Positions 21,326-29,821 of a stretch of DNA of 32,000 nucleotides are shown piece by piece. The notes beneath the pieces are model-generated. The model had not been told where the DNA came from. It did no database searches and worked only from the letters and a program-made list of their open reading frames with translations. Both the position numbers and the translations under genes were made by a program. How positions within the stretch are numbered: the first letter of the stretch is position 1; every line of letters starts with the position of its first letter. This stretch comes from an uncultured bacterium (GTDB taxonomy: Bacteria; GCA-001730085): positions 30,001 to 62,000 of the forward strand of contig CAZMGY010000019.1 of the NCBI GenBank assembly GCA_964565945.1, written 5' to 3'.

Positions 21326-23252
21326 AGTGGTGGCTCGTTGCAGCCCTCTATCGCAAATTCAAGTTCAAGAAGTGGTGCAGTTGCGCCCTGATCTTGAGTT
21401 GGATATTGATATGATGCCAACCTTGGGCGATCATGATAAGGCCAGTTCTTTGCGAGATCCTGTGGTTAGTGATTTTTTTACACGTGAATTAGACGAGGCT
21501 ATTCTTAAAGGATATGCTGATATTGCGATCCATTCGGCTAAAGATTTGCCAGTTCCGTTGCATCCCGATTTGCGAGTGGTGGCTTTGCTTCCTTGTTATG
21601 AGGCGAGTGATTCCTTAGTTTCACGAGGCAATCTTTCTTTGGTAGAACTATCTTCTGGGGCTTGTGTTGCTACCAGTTCCAAACATCGCCAACAGGCCAT
21701 AGCTGATTTGCGTGATGATTTAAATTATCGTGATATTCGAGGCACGATTGAAGACCGTATCGCCCAAATTGATGAGGGTTTGGCCGATGCCGTGGTGGTG
21801 GCGACCTGTGCGCTCCAACGTTTAGGCTTGCAGGATCGGATTGCCGAGGTTTTGCCGATTGAGACATGGCCTTTGCAAGGGCATTTGGCGATTGTGGCAC
21901 ATCGTGATCGCCCTGACTTGGTGAAGTTGTGGGCTTCGAGTAATATACGTCAAGGTTTTGGTAAAGTTTATTTGGCTGGCTTTGGTCCTGGCAATCCTGA
22001 GTTAATAACGGTTAAGACACATCGTTTGATTCAGGAAAGTGATGTGATTTTGTATGATGATTTGATAGATCCATCTATCCTTCGGGATATGCCTGGAGAA
22101 GCGATTTATGTTGGTAAACGTAAAGGTGTTCATTATCGCAGTCAAAAAGAAATCAATCGCTTGATCAAAGATAAGGCGTGGCAGGGTTTGCAAGTTTTAA
22201 GACTTAAAGGGGGAGACCCTTGCATTTTTGGACGGGTTGGTGAAGAAGTTGAGTGGTTGCAGCAATGGATGATTCCTTTTGAGATTATTCCAGGTGTGAC
22301 TTCAGCGATGGCGGCTGCGGCGAGTCAAAATATTTCTTTAACGCAACGGGGTGTATCGAAGACCTTTTCTTTTTTAACGGGACATCATGCCCAAAATCGT
22401 CAGATCGAAGTACCTCCAGTGGATACTATTGTCTATTACATGGCGGCGACGGAGTTAGAGACCTTGGCTAAGCATCTTCTTAGGGAAGGTCGTTTGCCAG
22501 ATGAGCCCGTCCTTTTGGTGCAAAATGCCACTTTTGCTCATGAAGTGTCTGAATTGAAGACGGTTTCCACGATGGCGCAAACGTCGTTATCGTCTCCATT
22601 GATGGTAATTGTGGGGTATGTGGCTAAACGCGCAATACCCACTCATTGCGTTCTTTACACTGGCTTGGATGCACGTCGTTACCGTTCGCTTTACAAAGTG
22701 GTGCATTATCCCTTAATTCGTACAAAATTTGTTGGTTTGGATCCCGCGGGCAAGCCACGGGATGACGTAGCTCAGTATGACGCTCTTCTTTTCACCAGCC
22801 GTGAGGCGGTGAGATACTTTTATTCTAAGCATAGAGTGTGCCGTGATCAAGAGGTTCTTGCGATTGGTTCTGGAACAGAAAATCTGTTGCAAGATTATGG
22901 TGTTCATGTGAGCCATAAGGCTGAACAGCCTCATTCCGATGCTATGGTGGCTCTGTTAGAGACTTTGTCTTACAGATCTTACCTTTATCCATGTTCGAGT
23001 CTTTCAAACAATGCTTTGCACACACATGATAAAGTGACCCCATGGGTAATTTATACAACCGAGCCTGTTCTTCAAGATCCCGTGGACTTGAATGTGTTTG
23101 ATTGGATCGTGTTCACTTCTCCTTCAACGGTGAATAGTTTTTTACAGATTTATCCGTTTTTGCCCGAACATGTTGTTTATGAGGTTTTAGGGCCTTTCAC
23201 ACGCCAAGCTCTCAATGATCATGGTATTAAAGACACATCTATTGTGGGTTGA
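21312..23252 (+). CDS. tri-domain fusion: porphobilinogen-deaminase-like domains 1-2, uroporphyrinogen-III C-methyltransferase, uroporphyrinogen-III synthase
   Basis: N-terminal ~215 aa resemble HemC (HSAKDLP, ATSSKHRQ, RGTIEDR, LQGHLAIV). The middle has VYLAGFGPGNPELITVK...LKGGDPCIFGRVGEE (SUMT/CobA). The C-terminus has YPLIRT...YDALLFTSREAV...WIVFTSPSTV (HemD). ATG 21312 or TTG 21306; the gene overlaps the mnmA end. Confidence 0.8.
   Translation: MTQFKVVARCSPLSQIQVQEVVQLRPDLELDIDMMPTLGDHDKASSLRDPVVSDFFTRELDEAILKGYADIAIHSAKDLPVPLHPDLRVVALLPCYEASDSLVSRGNLSLVELSSGACVATSSKHRQQAIADLRDDLNYRDIRGTIEDRIAQIDEGLADAVVVATCALQRLGLQDRIAEVLPIETWPLQGHLAIVAHRDRPDLVKLWASSNIRQGFGKVYLAGFGPGNPELITVKTHRLIQESDVILYDDLIDPSILRDMPGEAIYVGKRKGVHYRSQKEINRLIKDKAWQGLQVLRLKGGDPCIFGRVGEEVEWLQQWMIPFEIIPGVTSAMAAAASQNISLTQRGVSKTFSFLTGHHAQNRQIEVPPVDTIVYYMAATELETLAKHLLREGRLPDEPVLLVQNATFAHEVSELKTVSTMAQTSLSSPLMVIVGYVAKRAIPTHCVLYTGLDARRYRSLYKVVHYPLIRTKFVGLDPAGKPRDDVAQYDALLFTSREAVRYFYSKHRVCRDQEVLAIGSGTENLLQDYGVHVSHKAEQPHSDAMVALLETLSYRSYLYPCSSLSNNALHTHDKVTPWVIYTTEPVLQDPVDLNVFDWIVFTSPSTVNSFLQIYPFLPEHVVYEVLGPFTRQALNDHGIKDTSIVG
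22739..22767 (+). repeat. GC-rich palindromic element, copy e, inside a coding sequence
   Basis: GGATCCCGCGGGCAAGCCACGGGATGACG, with 8 of 9 stem pairs. It is read in frame as GLDPAGKPRDDV within the HemD domain. Confidence 0.75.
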
Positions 23253-23472
23253 TTTAGAAAAAATATCCGAATGATTTGAAATTTTCAGCTAAAATTATCT
23301 AGACTTAGCCATGTGCGTATATTTGCTTCAAAGGCAACATTGGGGGTTATGGTTGAGGTCTTTAGGCGCCTGTAGCTCTAGTGCAACAACAAATGTGAGA
23401 ATTTGGTACAATGGAGGAACTATTATGGAGGAGATCTTTGGTGAAACGTTTGAAAGTCGGAAGGGGGGGGGT

Positions 23473-24069
23473 ATGAAAGATGTTAAGAAGTTGTCCCACT
23501 TGTTAAAGCTCCTAGAGGACGAAAGTGGCTCAGTGCAACAAGCCGTTCTTAAAGAGCTATATTGTTATGGCCCTGGTCTTGAAGACGATATTCAGCTTTT
23601 TTATCCTGAATATGCAGAACAGGCACACCCTTCTTTGCAAAAAGTTTTGGATATTCATCATGAACAAACATTTTCTCGTTCATGCAAAGCTTCATTGGAG
23701 AATAATACATTTTTAACAGAAATTGAGACGATCGATGCTGCTTTGCAAGATACACAAAGCATTGTGTTTACTCCAGGCACCCTGGTCAGGCATACTCGTT
23801 ATGAATATCGTGGGGTGGTGGTCGATTTAGATCCTTTTTGCCGTGCGAAAGAAATTTGGTACCAGTCCAATCAGACGAGACCTGATAAAGAGCAACCATG
23901 GTATTATATTTTGGTGCATAGTACAGATAAGGTGACATATGTGGCTCATATGCATTTGAGTTACGATCAAAGTGGTGAACAGGTGCTTCATCCCTTAAGA
24001 GATTATTTTTTCGATAGCTTTCGTTGTGGTTCTTATCCGCGCAATAGGCGGAGATGGGCCAAGTGCTAG
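23473..24069 (+). CDS. HspQ/YccV-like hemimethylated-DNA-binding-domain protein with ~100-aa N-terminal extension
   Basis: C-terminal LVRHTRYEYRGVVVDLDP...QPWYYILVH...TYVAHMHL matches the YccV/HspQ domain. The start is uncertain: ATG 23473 after a G9 tract, or ATG 23425 with a GGAGG SD. The ORF-track start at 23311 is unlikely. Confidence 0.65.
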   Translation: MKDVKKLSHLLKLLEDESGSVQQAVLKELYCYGPGLEDDIQLFYPEYAEQAHPSLQKVLDIHHEQTFSRSCKASLENNTFLTEIETIDAALQDTQSIVFTPGTLVRHTRYEYRGVVVDLDPFCRAKEIWYQSNQTRPDKEQPWYYILVHSTDKVTYVAHMHLSYDQSGEQVLHPLRDYFFDSFRCGSYPRNRRRWAKC

Positions 24070-24144
24070 ATAGTTAATGGTTAGGATGAACAAAAGAAAA
24101 TAAAAAAGCATGGATGTAAAGAGGCTTCAAAGGAGTAAATAGCA

Positions 24145-25557
24145 ATGACAGTGGCAATTCAGGCAGATTATAAAGTTAAAGATATATCTTTGGCCGATTT
24201 TGGTCACAAAGAAATCACTATCAGTGAGCAGGAAATGCCAGGTTTAATGGCTTTGCGTGAGAAATATAGGCAAAATAAACCTCTTAAAGGTGCCAAAATT
24301 ATGGGATCCTTGCACATGACTATTCAGACCGCTATTTTGATTGAAACTTTGGTCGAGTTAGGTGCGGATGTTCGCTGGGCCTCTTGCAATATTTTTTCGA
24401 CTCAAGACCATGCAGCGGCGGCGATTGCTCAGGCGGGAATACCTGTGTTTGCTTGGAAAGGTGAAACTTTAGAAGAATACTGGGAGTGCACTTTGGATGC
24501 TTTAAATTTTCCTGATAACGAAGGCCCAGATTTAATTGTGGACGATGGAGGTGATGCAACCTTATTGGTGCATCGTGGTGTTGATGCAGAGAAAGACGCC
24601 TCTATTCTTGACGAGCCGACTGATAACAAAGAGCTTCTGATTATGAATGCCTTGCTTAAAAGAATGCTGCAAAATGATTCTCAGAAATGGACCAAGATGG
24701 TGGCTAAGATCCAAGGTGTCTCCGAAGAGACAACCACAGGAGTTCATCGTCTTTACCAAATGTTGGATCAAGGGAAGTTGTTGTTTCCAGCTATTAATGT
24801 GAATGATTCTGTGACCAAATCTAAGTTCGACAATTTTTACGGCTGTCGTGAATCTTTGGCCGATGGTATCAAACGAGCCACTGATGTGATGTTGGCGGGC
24901 AAAGTGGTGGTTGTGTGTGGTTATGGAGATGTTGGTAAGGGCTGTGCTCATTCGATGCGCACTTATGGTGCTCGCGTTTTGGTGACCGAGATTGATCCGA
25001 TTTGTGCCTTACAAGCTGCCATGGAAGGCTTTGAAGTGACTACGATTGAGGATGCTTTGGCCGAAGGAAACCTCTTTGTAACAACTACGGGCAATAAAGA
25101 TGTGATTCATATTGAGCACATGGAACAGATGAAAGATCAGACAATCGTGTGTAATATTGGTCATTTTGATAATGAAATTCAGGTGGAAAAATTGGAAGCT
25201 TTTAAGGGAATTCAAAAAACCAATGTGAAGCCTCAGGTTGATCTGTATGAGTTTCCTGATGGTCATCAAATTATTTTATTGGCCGAAGGGCGTTTGGTGA
25301 ATCTTAGTTGTGCCACAGGACATCCTTCGTTTGTGATGAGTAATTCATTCACCAATCAAGTGTTGGCCCAAATTGATCTATGGGAGAACGATCACAAAAT
25401 CGGTGTGGAGTGTTTGTCGAAAAAGCTTGATGAAGAAGTGGCGCGCCTTCACTTGGAGAAGCTAGGTGTGAAGCTAACGGAACTCACAACTGAGCAGGCT
25501 GATTATATTGATGTGCCTGTTGAAGGGCCTTACAAGCCAGAGCATTATCGTTATTAA
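24145..25557 (+). CDS. ahcY: adenosylhomocysteinase
   Basis: 470 aa. [40 protein letters not shown] loop, C-terminal YRY. AAGGAG SD upstream. Confidence 0.95.
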   Translation: MTVAIQADYKVKDISLADFGHKEITISEQEMPGLMALREKYRQNKPLKGAKIMGSLHMTIQTAILIETLVELGADVRWASCNIFSTQDHAAAAIAQAGIPVFAWKGETLEEYWECTLDALNFPDNEGPDLIVDDGGDATLLVHRGVDAEKDASILDEPTDNKELLIMNALLKRMLQNDSQKWTKMVAKIQGVSEETTTGVHRLYQMLDQGKLLFPAINVNDSVTKSKFDNFYGCRESLADGIKRATDVMLAGKVVVVCGYGDVGKGCAHSMRTYGARVLVTEIDPICALQAAMEGFEVTTIEDALAEGNLFVTTTGNKDVIHIEHMEQMKDQTIVCNIGHFDNEIQVEKLEAFKGIQKTNVKPQVDLYEFPDGHQIILLAEGRLVNLSCATGHPSFVMSNSFTNQVLAQIDLWENDHKIGVECLSKKLDEEVARLHLEKLGVKLTELTTEQADYIDVPVEGPYKPEHYRY

Positions 25558-25591
25558 GTAATAGTCCCGTGTTATTTAAGAAGCACTGTTG

Positions 25592-26404
25592 ATGACAATG
25601 AAAAAAATAGCGTTTTTAGGCTGTGGGTGGTTAGGATTACCCACAGCCCAAGCCTTTTTATCAGAGGGTTGGCAGGTCTCCGTGAGTACGACTTCGTCAA
25701 ACAAACTGGAGACATTTCAATCCTTGGGACTTAAATTCTATCTTTTGGACATCTATGGCGAACTCTTGGATGCACAACCTTTTTGGCAATCGGACGTTTT
25801 GTGCATCACTGTTCCGTTTAAGCGCAGTTTAAATGATCCTTGGGTTTATCCTGAAGCGATGCAGAAAGTGATGCAAGTTGCTCGGACTGCTGGTATAACA
25901 CGGGTGATTTTGACAAGTTCAACGTCGGTGTATGCTGCTGATGTGGGCTTATGTGATGAGATGTCTCCCACGGGATCTTCTGAACGGTCAAAGGTTTTGC
26001 ATCAAGTTGAGCAGTATGTCTTAAATGTCGAGGGATGCAAGGCAACGGTTTTGCGTTTGGCTGGTTTGATTGGTCCTGGTCGCGAACCAGGGCGTTTTTT
26101 GAGAGGCATGACTGATTTGCCAAATCCCAACCATCCCGTTAATTTGGTTCATCTTGCGGATGTGGTTCAAGTGATCAGAGCAGTGGTTGATCAGGAGGCT
26201 TGGGGGCATATTTTTAATGTTGTGGCGGATGAACATCCCACACGTCAAGAATTTTATATGCATCAAGCGCAGCAGATTGGCTTGGATCCGCCGATATTTT
26301 TGGCAGGAACACAGACCTCAGGCAAACACGTGTCAAATGATTTGGTTAAAGAGGTCTTGGGGATTTCTTTTTACCATGGCTTGAAGTATGATTATAAAAT
26401 ATAA
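25592..26404 (+). CDS. NAD(P)-binding Rossmann-fold oxidoreductase (atypical SDR / epimerase-like)
   Basis: KIAFLGCGWLG dinucleotide loop at the N-terminus and an extended-SDR-like length. The start is ambiguous (TTG 25589, ATG 25592, ATG 25598). Confidence 0.55.
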   Translation: MTMKKIAFLGCGWLGLPTAQAFLSEGWQVSVSTTSSNKLETFQSLGLKFYLLDIYGELLDAQPFWQSDVLCITVPFKRSLNDPWVYPEAMQKVMQVARTAGITRVILTSSTSVYAADVGLCDEMSPTGSSERSKVLHQVEQYVLNVEGCKATVLRLAGLIGPGREPGRFLRGMTDLPNPNHPVNLVHLADVVQVIRAVVDQEAWGHIFNVVADEHPTRQEFYMHQAQQIGLDPPIFLAGTQTSGKHVSNDLVKEVLGISFYHGLKYDYKI

Positions 26405-26449
26405 TAAAAGAAATTATTTAAGATGTTTCAATGCTTTCTTTTATGGAGA

Positions 26450-26478
26450 TTGACAGGTTTTGAACACTTTGTTATACT
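26450..26478 (+). promoter_or_regulatory. candidate sigma70 promoter for the rpmF-plsX-fab operon
   Basis: TTGACA (26450-26455), 17-nt spacer, TATACT (26473-26478). Confidence 0.5.
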
Positions 26479-26537
26479 CACCTTTTATGACTTGACCATT
26501 TTGTCCGTGGCATTGGTGAGATGAAGGAGTGAGTACA

Positions 26538-26714
26538 ATGGCGGTACCAGTTAAAAAAACATCGAGAACAGAAAAAAATATTCGACGTCATTCTCAAAAA
26601 AAGAAAATTGTTTTGAGTATTGATTGCCCTCAATGTGGAGAACCTAAGCGTCCTCATGTTGTTTGTGTAAAGTGTGGCTATTACAATGGTCGCAAAGTTT
26701 TGGCGGTGGGTTGA
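26538..26714 (+). CDS. rpmF: 50S ribosomal protein L32 (zinc-ribbon form)
   Basis: ATG 26538 (MAVPVKKTSRTEKNIRRH...) with GAAGGAG SD. CPQCG...CVKCG zinc ribbon. Confidence 0.9.
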   Translation: MAVPVKKTSRTEKNIRRHSQKKKIVLSIDCPQCGEPKRPHVVCVKCGYYNGRKVLAVG

Positions 26715-26727
26715 AAGTCTATAAACT

Positions 26728-27732
26728 ATGAAAATAGCTGTTGACGCGATGGGTGGCGACTATGCTCCCTTAATGGCTTTGCAGGGGGTGTATCAGGCAG
26801 CTCAGTTGTTTCCTGATATAGAACTGATTTTGGTGGGGCAGCAATCCCTTTTGGAAAAAATGATTGTTGCTCAAGGGATTATTCTGCCTGCGACAGTTTC
26901 TTTGTGCGATGCTCCTGATGTGATTGCTATGGACGAGGCTCCTGTTGCTGCCTTGCGCAAAAAAAAGAATTCCTCTATTGCGGTTGCGGCCGATTTGGTG
27001 AAACAAGAAAAAGCGGACGCGTTGGTAACCGCTGGTAATACTGGTGCTGCTGTGGCGGCGACAACCCTCAAATGGCGTCTTTTGCCTGGCATCGATCGAT
27101 CGGGGATTGCCTTGCCTTTTCCTAATGCTGATGGTGTTTCTGTATTGCTAGACGTGGGAGCTAACGTAGAATGCAAACCTCTACATTTTTATCACTATGC
27201 CATTATGGGGAAAATTTATGCTGAAATCATCCTCAAAAAGACCAATGCGGGCATTGGTTTACTCAATGTTGGTGAAGAGGCTGGTAAGGGTGGTGCCGAG
27301 ATTAAGGAAGTTTTTCACTTATTTAAAGAAGCTTACTTCAATTTTATAGGCAATGTGGAAGGTTGTGATGTTTTCAATGGTCGGTGTGATGTGATTGTGT
27401 GTGACGGCTTTGTTGGAAATATTGTGCTCAAAGTGGCTGAAGGTGTGGTTGGGGCTACGGTGAGTTTAACGAAAAAAGAAATTAAGAGAAACATTATTTC
27501 TATGTTAGGGGCTTTTTTATGCAAGCCTGCGTTGCAAAGAATTAAGAAAAAAGTGGATTATGTTGAGTATGGAGGGGCTCCCTTGTTGGGAGTGAACGGG
27601 GTTTGCATTATTAGTCATGGTTCCTCCACTGCTAAAGCGCTTTTTAACGCTATTCGTGTTGCGCGCGAGTTTACCACATATGATGTGAACTCTGTGATTG
27701 TGAAAGAAATTGAAGAACATGCAAAAAACTAA
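26728..27732 (+). CDS. plsX: phosphate acyltransferase
   Basis: MKIAVDAMGGD..., GNTGA and ISHGSS motifs. Canonical position after rpmF. Confidence 0.92.
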   Translation: MKIAVDAMGGDYAPLMALQGVYQAAQLFPDIELILVGQQSLLEKMIVAQGIILPATVSLCDAPDVIAMDEAPVAALRKKKNSSIAVAADLVKQEKADALVTAGNTGAAVAATTLKWRLLPGIDRSGIALPFPNADGVSVLLDVGANVECKPLHFYHYAIMGKIYAEIILKKTNAGIGLLNVGEEAGKGGAEIKEVFHLFKEAYFNFIGNVEGCDVFNGRCDVIVCDGFVGNIVLKVAEGVVGATVSLTKKEIKRNIISMLGAFLCKPALQRIKKKVDYVEYGGAPLLGVNGVCIISHGSSTAKALFNAIRVAREFTTYDVNSVIVKEIEEHAKN

Positions 27733-28714
27733 GCCATTTTATGCCGAACTTGTTGGAGTAGGTTCCTACGTGCCCGAGCGTGTTTTGACCAATAAAGATC
27801 TCGAAACAATGGTCGACACTTCGGATGAATGGATTCGCACGCGCACGGGAATCTCCGAGAGACGCATTGCGGCAGAGGATCAAGCAAGTTCGGATTTGGC
27901 TGCTCAGGCGGCACGTGAAGCTTTGAAAAATGCGCAGCTAACTCCCGATGATATCGATATGATTATTGTGGCGACTGTCACACCCGATATGTTGTTTCCT
28001 TCGACAGCCTGTTTTGTGCAAAAAGCGATAGGAGCTTCACGTGCAGCGGCATTTGATTTGTCGGCGGCTTGCACTGGGTTTGTTTATGCGATGAGTGTAG
28101 GGGCTAATTTTATTGAAAGTGGTCAATGCAAAAAAGTTTTGGTCATTGGATCGGAAGTTCTATCGAAATTTGTTGATTGGGAGGATCCAAGTACCTGTGT
28201 TTTGTTTGGAGATGGGGCTGGTGCGGCAATTATGTCGGCCACGGACACTCCAAAAGGTGTTTTGAAGTCGCATTTGCATTCCGAAGCCGAATACACCGAT
28301 TTGCTTTACTTGCCAGGTGGAGGAAGTTCTTTTCCTGCGAGTGTAGAGACTTTGGAACAGAGGATGCATTCGGTCAAGATGAAAGGTAACGAGGTCTTCA
28401 AAATTGCGGTCAATACGATGGTTGAATCGGCTCAAAATATTTTGAATGAGTGCCAGATTGATCCCGATAAGTTGGCCTATGTGATCCCTCATCAAGCTAA
28501 TGTGCGTATTATCAATGCTGTTGGTAAGCGACTTGGCATCGATGAAAATAAAGTGTACATTAATGTGGATCGGTTTGGAAACACCTCGGCGGCTACTGTG
28601 GCTATTGCCCTTGATGAAGTGATTCATAAAAAGTTGGTGGTGCCAGGAGATTTGATTTTGTGCGTGGCTTTTGGTGCTGGGTTTACGTCGGGGTCTTTGT
28701 TATTACAAATTTAG
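27719..28714 (+). CDS. fabH: 3-oxoacyl-ACP synthase III
   Basis: ITERRIA-like GISERRIA, active-site AACTGF, HQAN and GNTSAA motifs. ATG 27719 overlaps the plsX end by 14 nt. Confidence 0.92.
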   Translation: MQKTKPFYAELVGVGSYVPERVLTNKDLETMVDTSDEWIRTRTGISERRIAAEDQASSDLAAQAAREALKNAQLTPDDIDMIIVATVTPDMLFPSTACFVQKAIGASRAAAFDLSAACTGFVYAMSVGANFIESGQCKKVLVIGSEVLSKFVDWEDPSTCVLFGDGAGAAIMSATDTPKGVLKSHLHSEAEYTDLLYLPGGGSSFPASVETLEQRMHSVKMKGNEVFKIAVNTMVESAQNILNECQIDPDKLAYVIPHQANVRIINAVGKRLGIDENKVYINVDRFGNTSAATVAIALDEVIHKKLVVPGDLILCVAFGAGFTSGSLLLQI

Positions 28715-28727
28715 GAAAGGAGTGAAT

Positions 28728-29474
28728 ATGTGTCAGTTAAAGGATCAAGTTGCGATTATTACTGGGTCAAGCCGAGGTATTGGGCGTGTGATTGCTCAAA
28801 AAATGGCCGAAGAAGGAGCCAAGGTGACTTTATGTGGGACCAAAGAAGAGACACTGCAAGATGTGTCCACTCAGATGGCTCAAGAGACAGGAGCTGATGT
28901 GGATTATGCGGTGGTCGATGTTTCGCAAGTAAATGATGTGCAAGCCTTAGTGGCGCAGGTCATGGACAAACACGGTCGCATCGATGTTTTGGTGAATAAT
29001 GCGGGAGTGACGCGAGATAACCTCTTGTTGCGTATGAGCGAAGACGAATGGAACAAAGTGATCGATATTAACTTAAAAGGGGCTTTTTTATGCACGAAGG
29101 CAGTGTTAAAGTCAATGATAAAGGCTCGTTATGGGCGGATTGTGAATGTGGCTTCGGTGGTTGGTGTTATGGGCAATTCAGGTCAGGCCAATTATGCAGC
29201 ATCTAAGGCTGGTATGATAGGTTTTAGCAAGTCTGTAGCGAAGGAAGTAGCGACCAGAAATATTAATGTCAATGTGGTGGCACCAGGCTATATTGAGACT
29301 GGTATGACGAGTGTTTTGCCCGAAAAAGTGACTGAAGCTGCCAAGACAATTATTCCGCAAGGACGTTTGGGACAACCCGAAGATGTGGCTGGACTCATTT
29401 TATTTTTGACAAGTGACGCTTCATCTTATATAACAGGTCAGGTAGTCCATGTCGACGGTGGTATGGTCATGTAA
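28728..29474 (+). CDS. fabG: 3-oxoacyl-ACP reductase
   Basis: ATG 28728 with AGGAAAGGAG SD. TGSSRGIG, NNAG, YAASKAG, and the C-terminus ITGQVVHVDGGMVM. Confidence 0.92.
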   Translation: MCQLKDQVAIITGSSRGIGRVIAQKMAEEGAKVTLCGTKEETLQDVSTQMAQETGADVDYAVVDVSQVNDVQALVAQVMDKHGRIDVLVNNAGVTRDNLLLRMSEDEWNKVIDINLKGAFLCTKAVLKSMIKARYGRIVNVASVVGVMGNSGQANYAASKAGMIGFSKSVAKEVATRNINVNVVAPGYIETGMTSVLPEKVTEAAKTIIPQGRLGQPEDVAGLILFLTSDASSYITGQVVHVDGGMVM

Positions 29475-29571
29475 AATAGCAAACAATGTTAGGCAAAAAA
29501 AACTTTGTTTTTATGTTGGAGTGTTTGTTTGAAATTAAGTGTTAAATTGAGAATAAATGAGGGATAGAGGA

Positions 29572-29817
29572 ATGAGCCTAGAAAATCAAATTCGCGAGAT
29601 CATTGTTGAACAACTTGATGTGACAGCAGAAGAAGTTGTGCCTTCGGGGTCATTTATCGATGACTTAGGGGCGGACTCTTTGGATACAGTGGAACTGATC
29701 ATGGCACTAGAAGAAAAATTTGGAATGACAATTTCTGATGAAAATGCTGAAAAAATGACCACAGTTCAACATGTGTATGACTACGTTGAGGAATACCTGG
29801 GAGGCTCAGCTGAGTAG
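29572..29817 (+). CDS. acpP: acyl carrier protein
   Basis: ATG 29572 ([11 protein letters not shown]...). [20 protein letters not shown] phosphopantetheine-attachment site. Confidence 0.92.
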   Translation: MSLENQIREIIVEQLDVTAEEVVPSGSFIDDLGADSLDTVELIMALEEKFGMTISDENAEKMTTVQHVYDYVEEYLGGSAE

Positions 29818-29821
29818 GCCG

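Noticed and set aside
23365-23390. GGCGCCTGTAGCTCTAGTGC resembles a tRNA acceptor stem plus D-arm.
   Set aside because: No anticodon arm, no T-arm (GTTCGAATC-like) and no acceptor 3' complement follow. This is not a tRNA, and at most a decayed fragment.
24070-24144. Looked for an SAH riboswitch upstream of ahcY. Also looked for a SAM riboswitch upstream of metY and ANTAR dual hairpins in the leaders at 5184-5419 and 8392-8727.
   Set aside because: The ahcY leader is only 75 nt and AT-rich, with none of the GC-rich conserved helices of the SAH element. No hexaloop hairpin pair was found in the other leaders. A covariance-model scan would be decisive.
1695-29821. Upstream-extended starts in the ORF track (1695, 3175, 8880, 11702, 13920, 17427, 18334, 20210, 23311, 26529, 28671, 29557, 29771).
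   Set aside because: In each case an internal ATG (or GTG) has a better SD, starts at the conserved N-terminus of the family, and removes overlap with the preceding gene. The extensions translate to non-conserved sequence.
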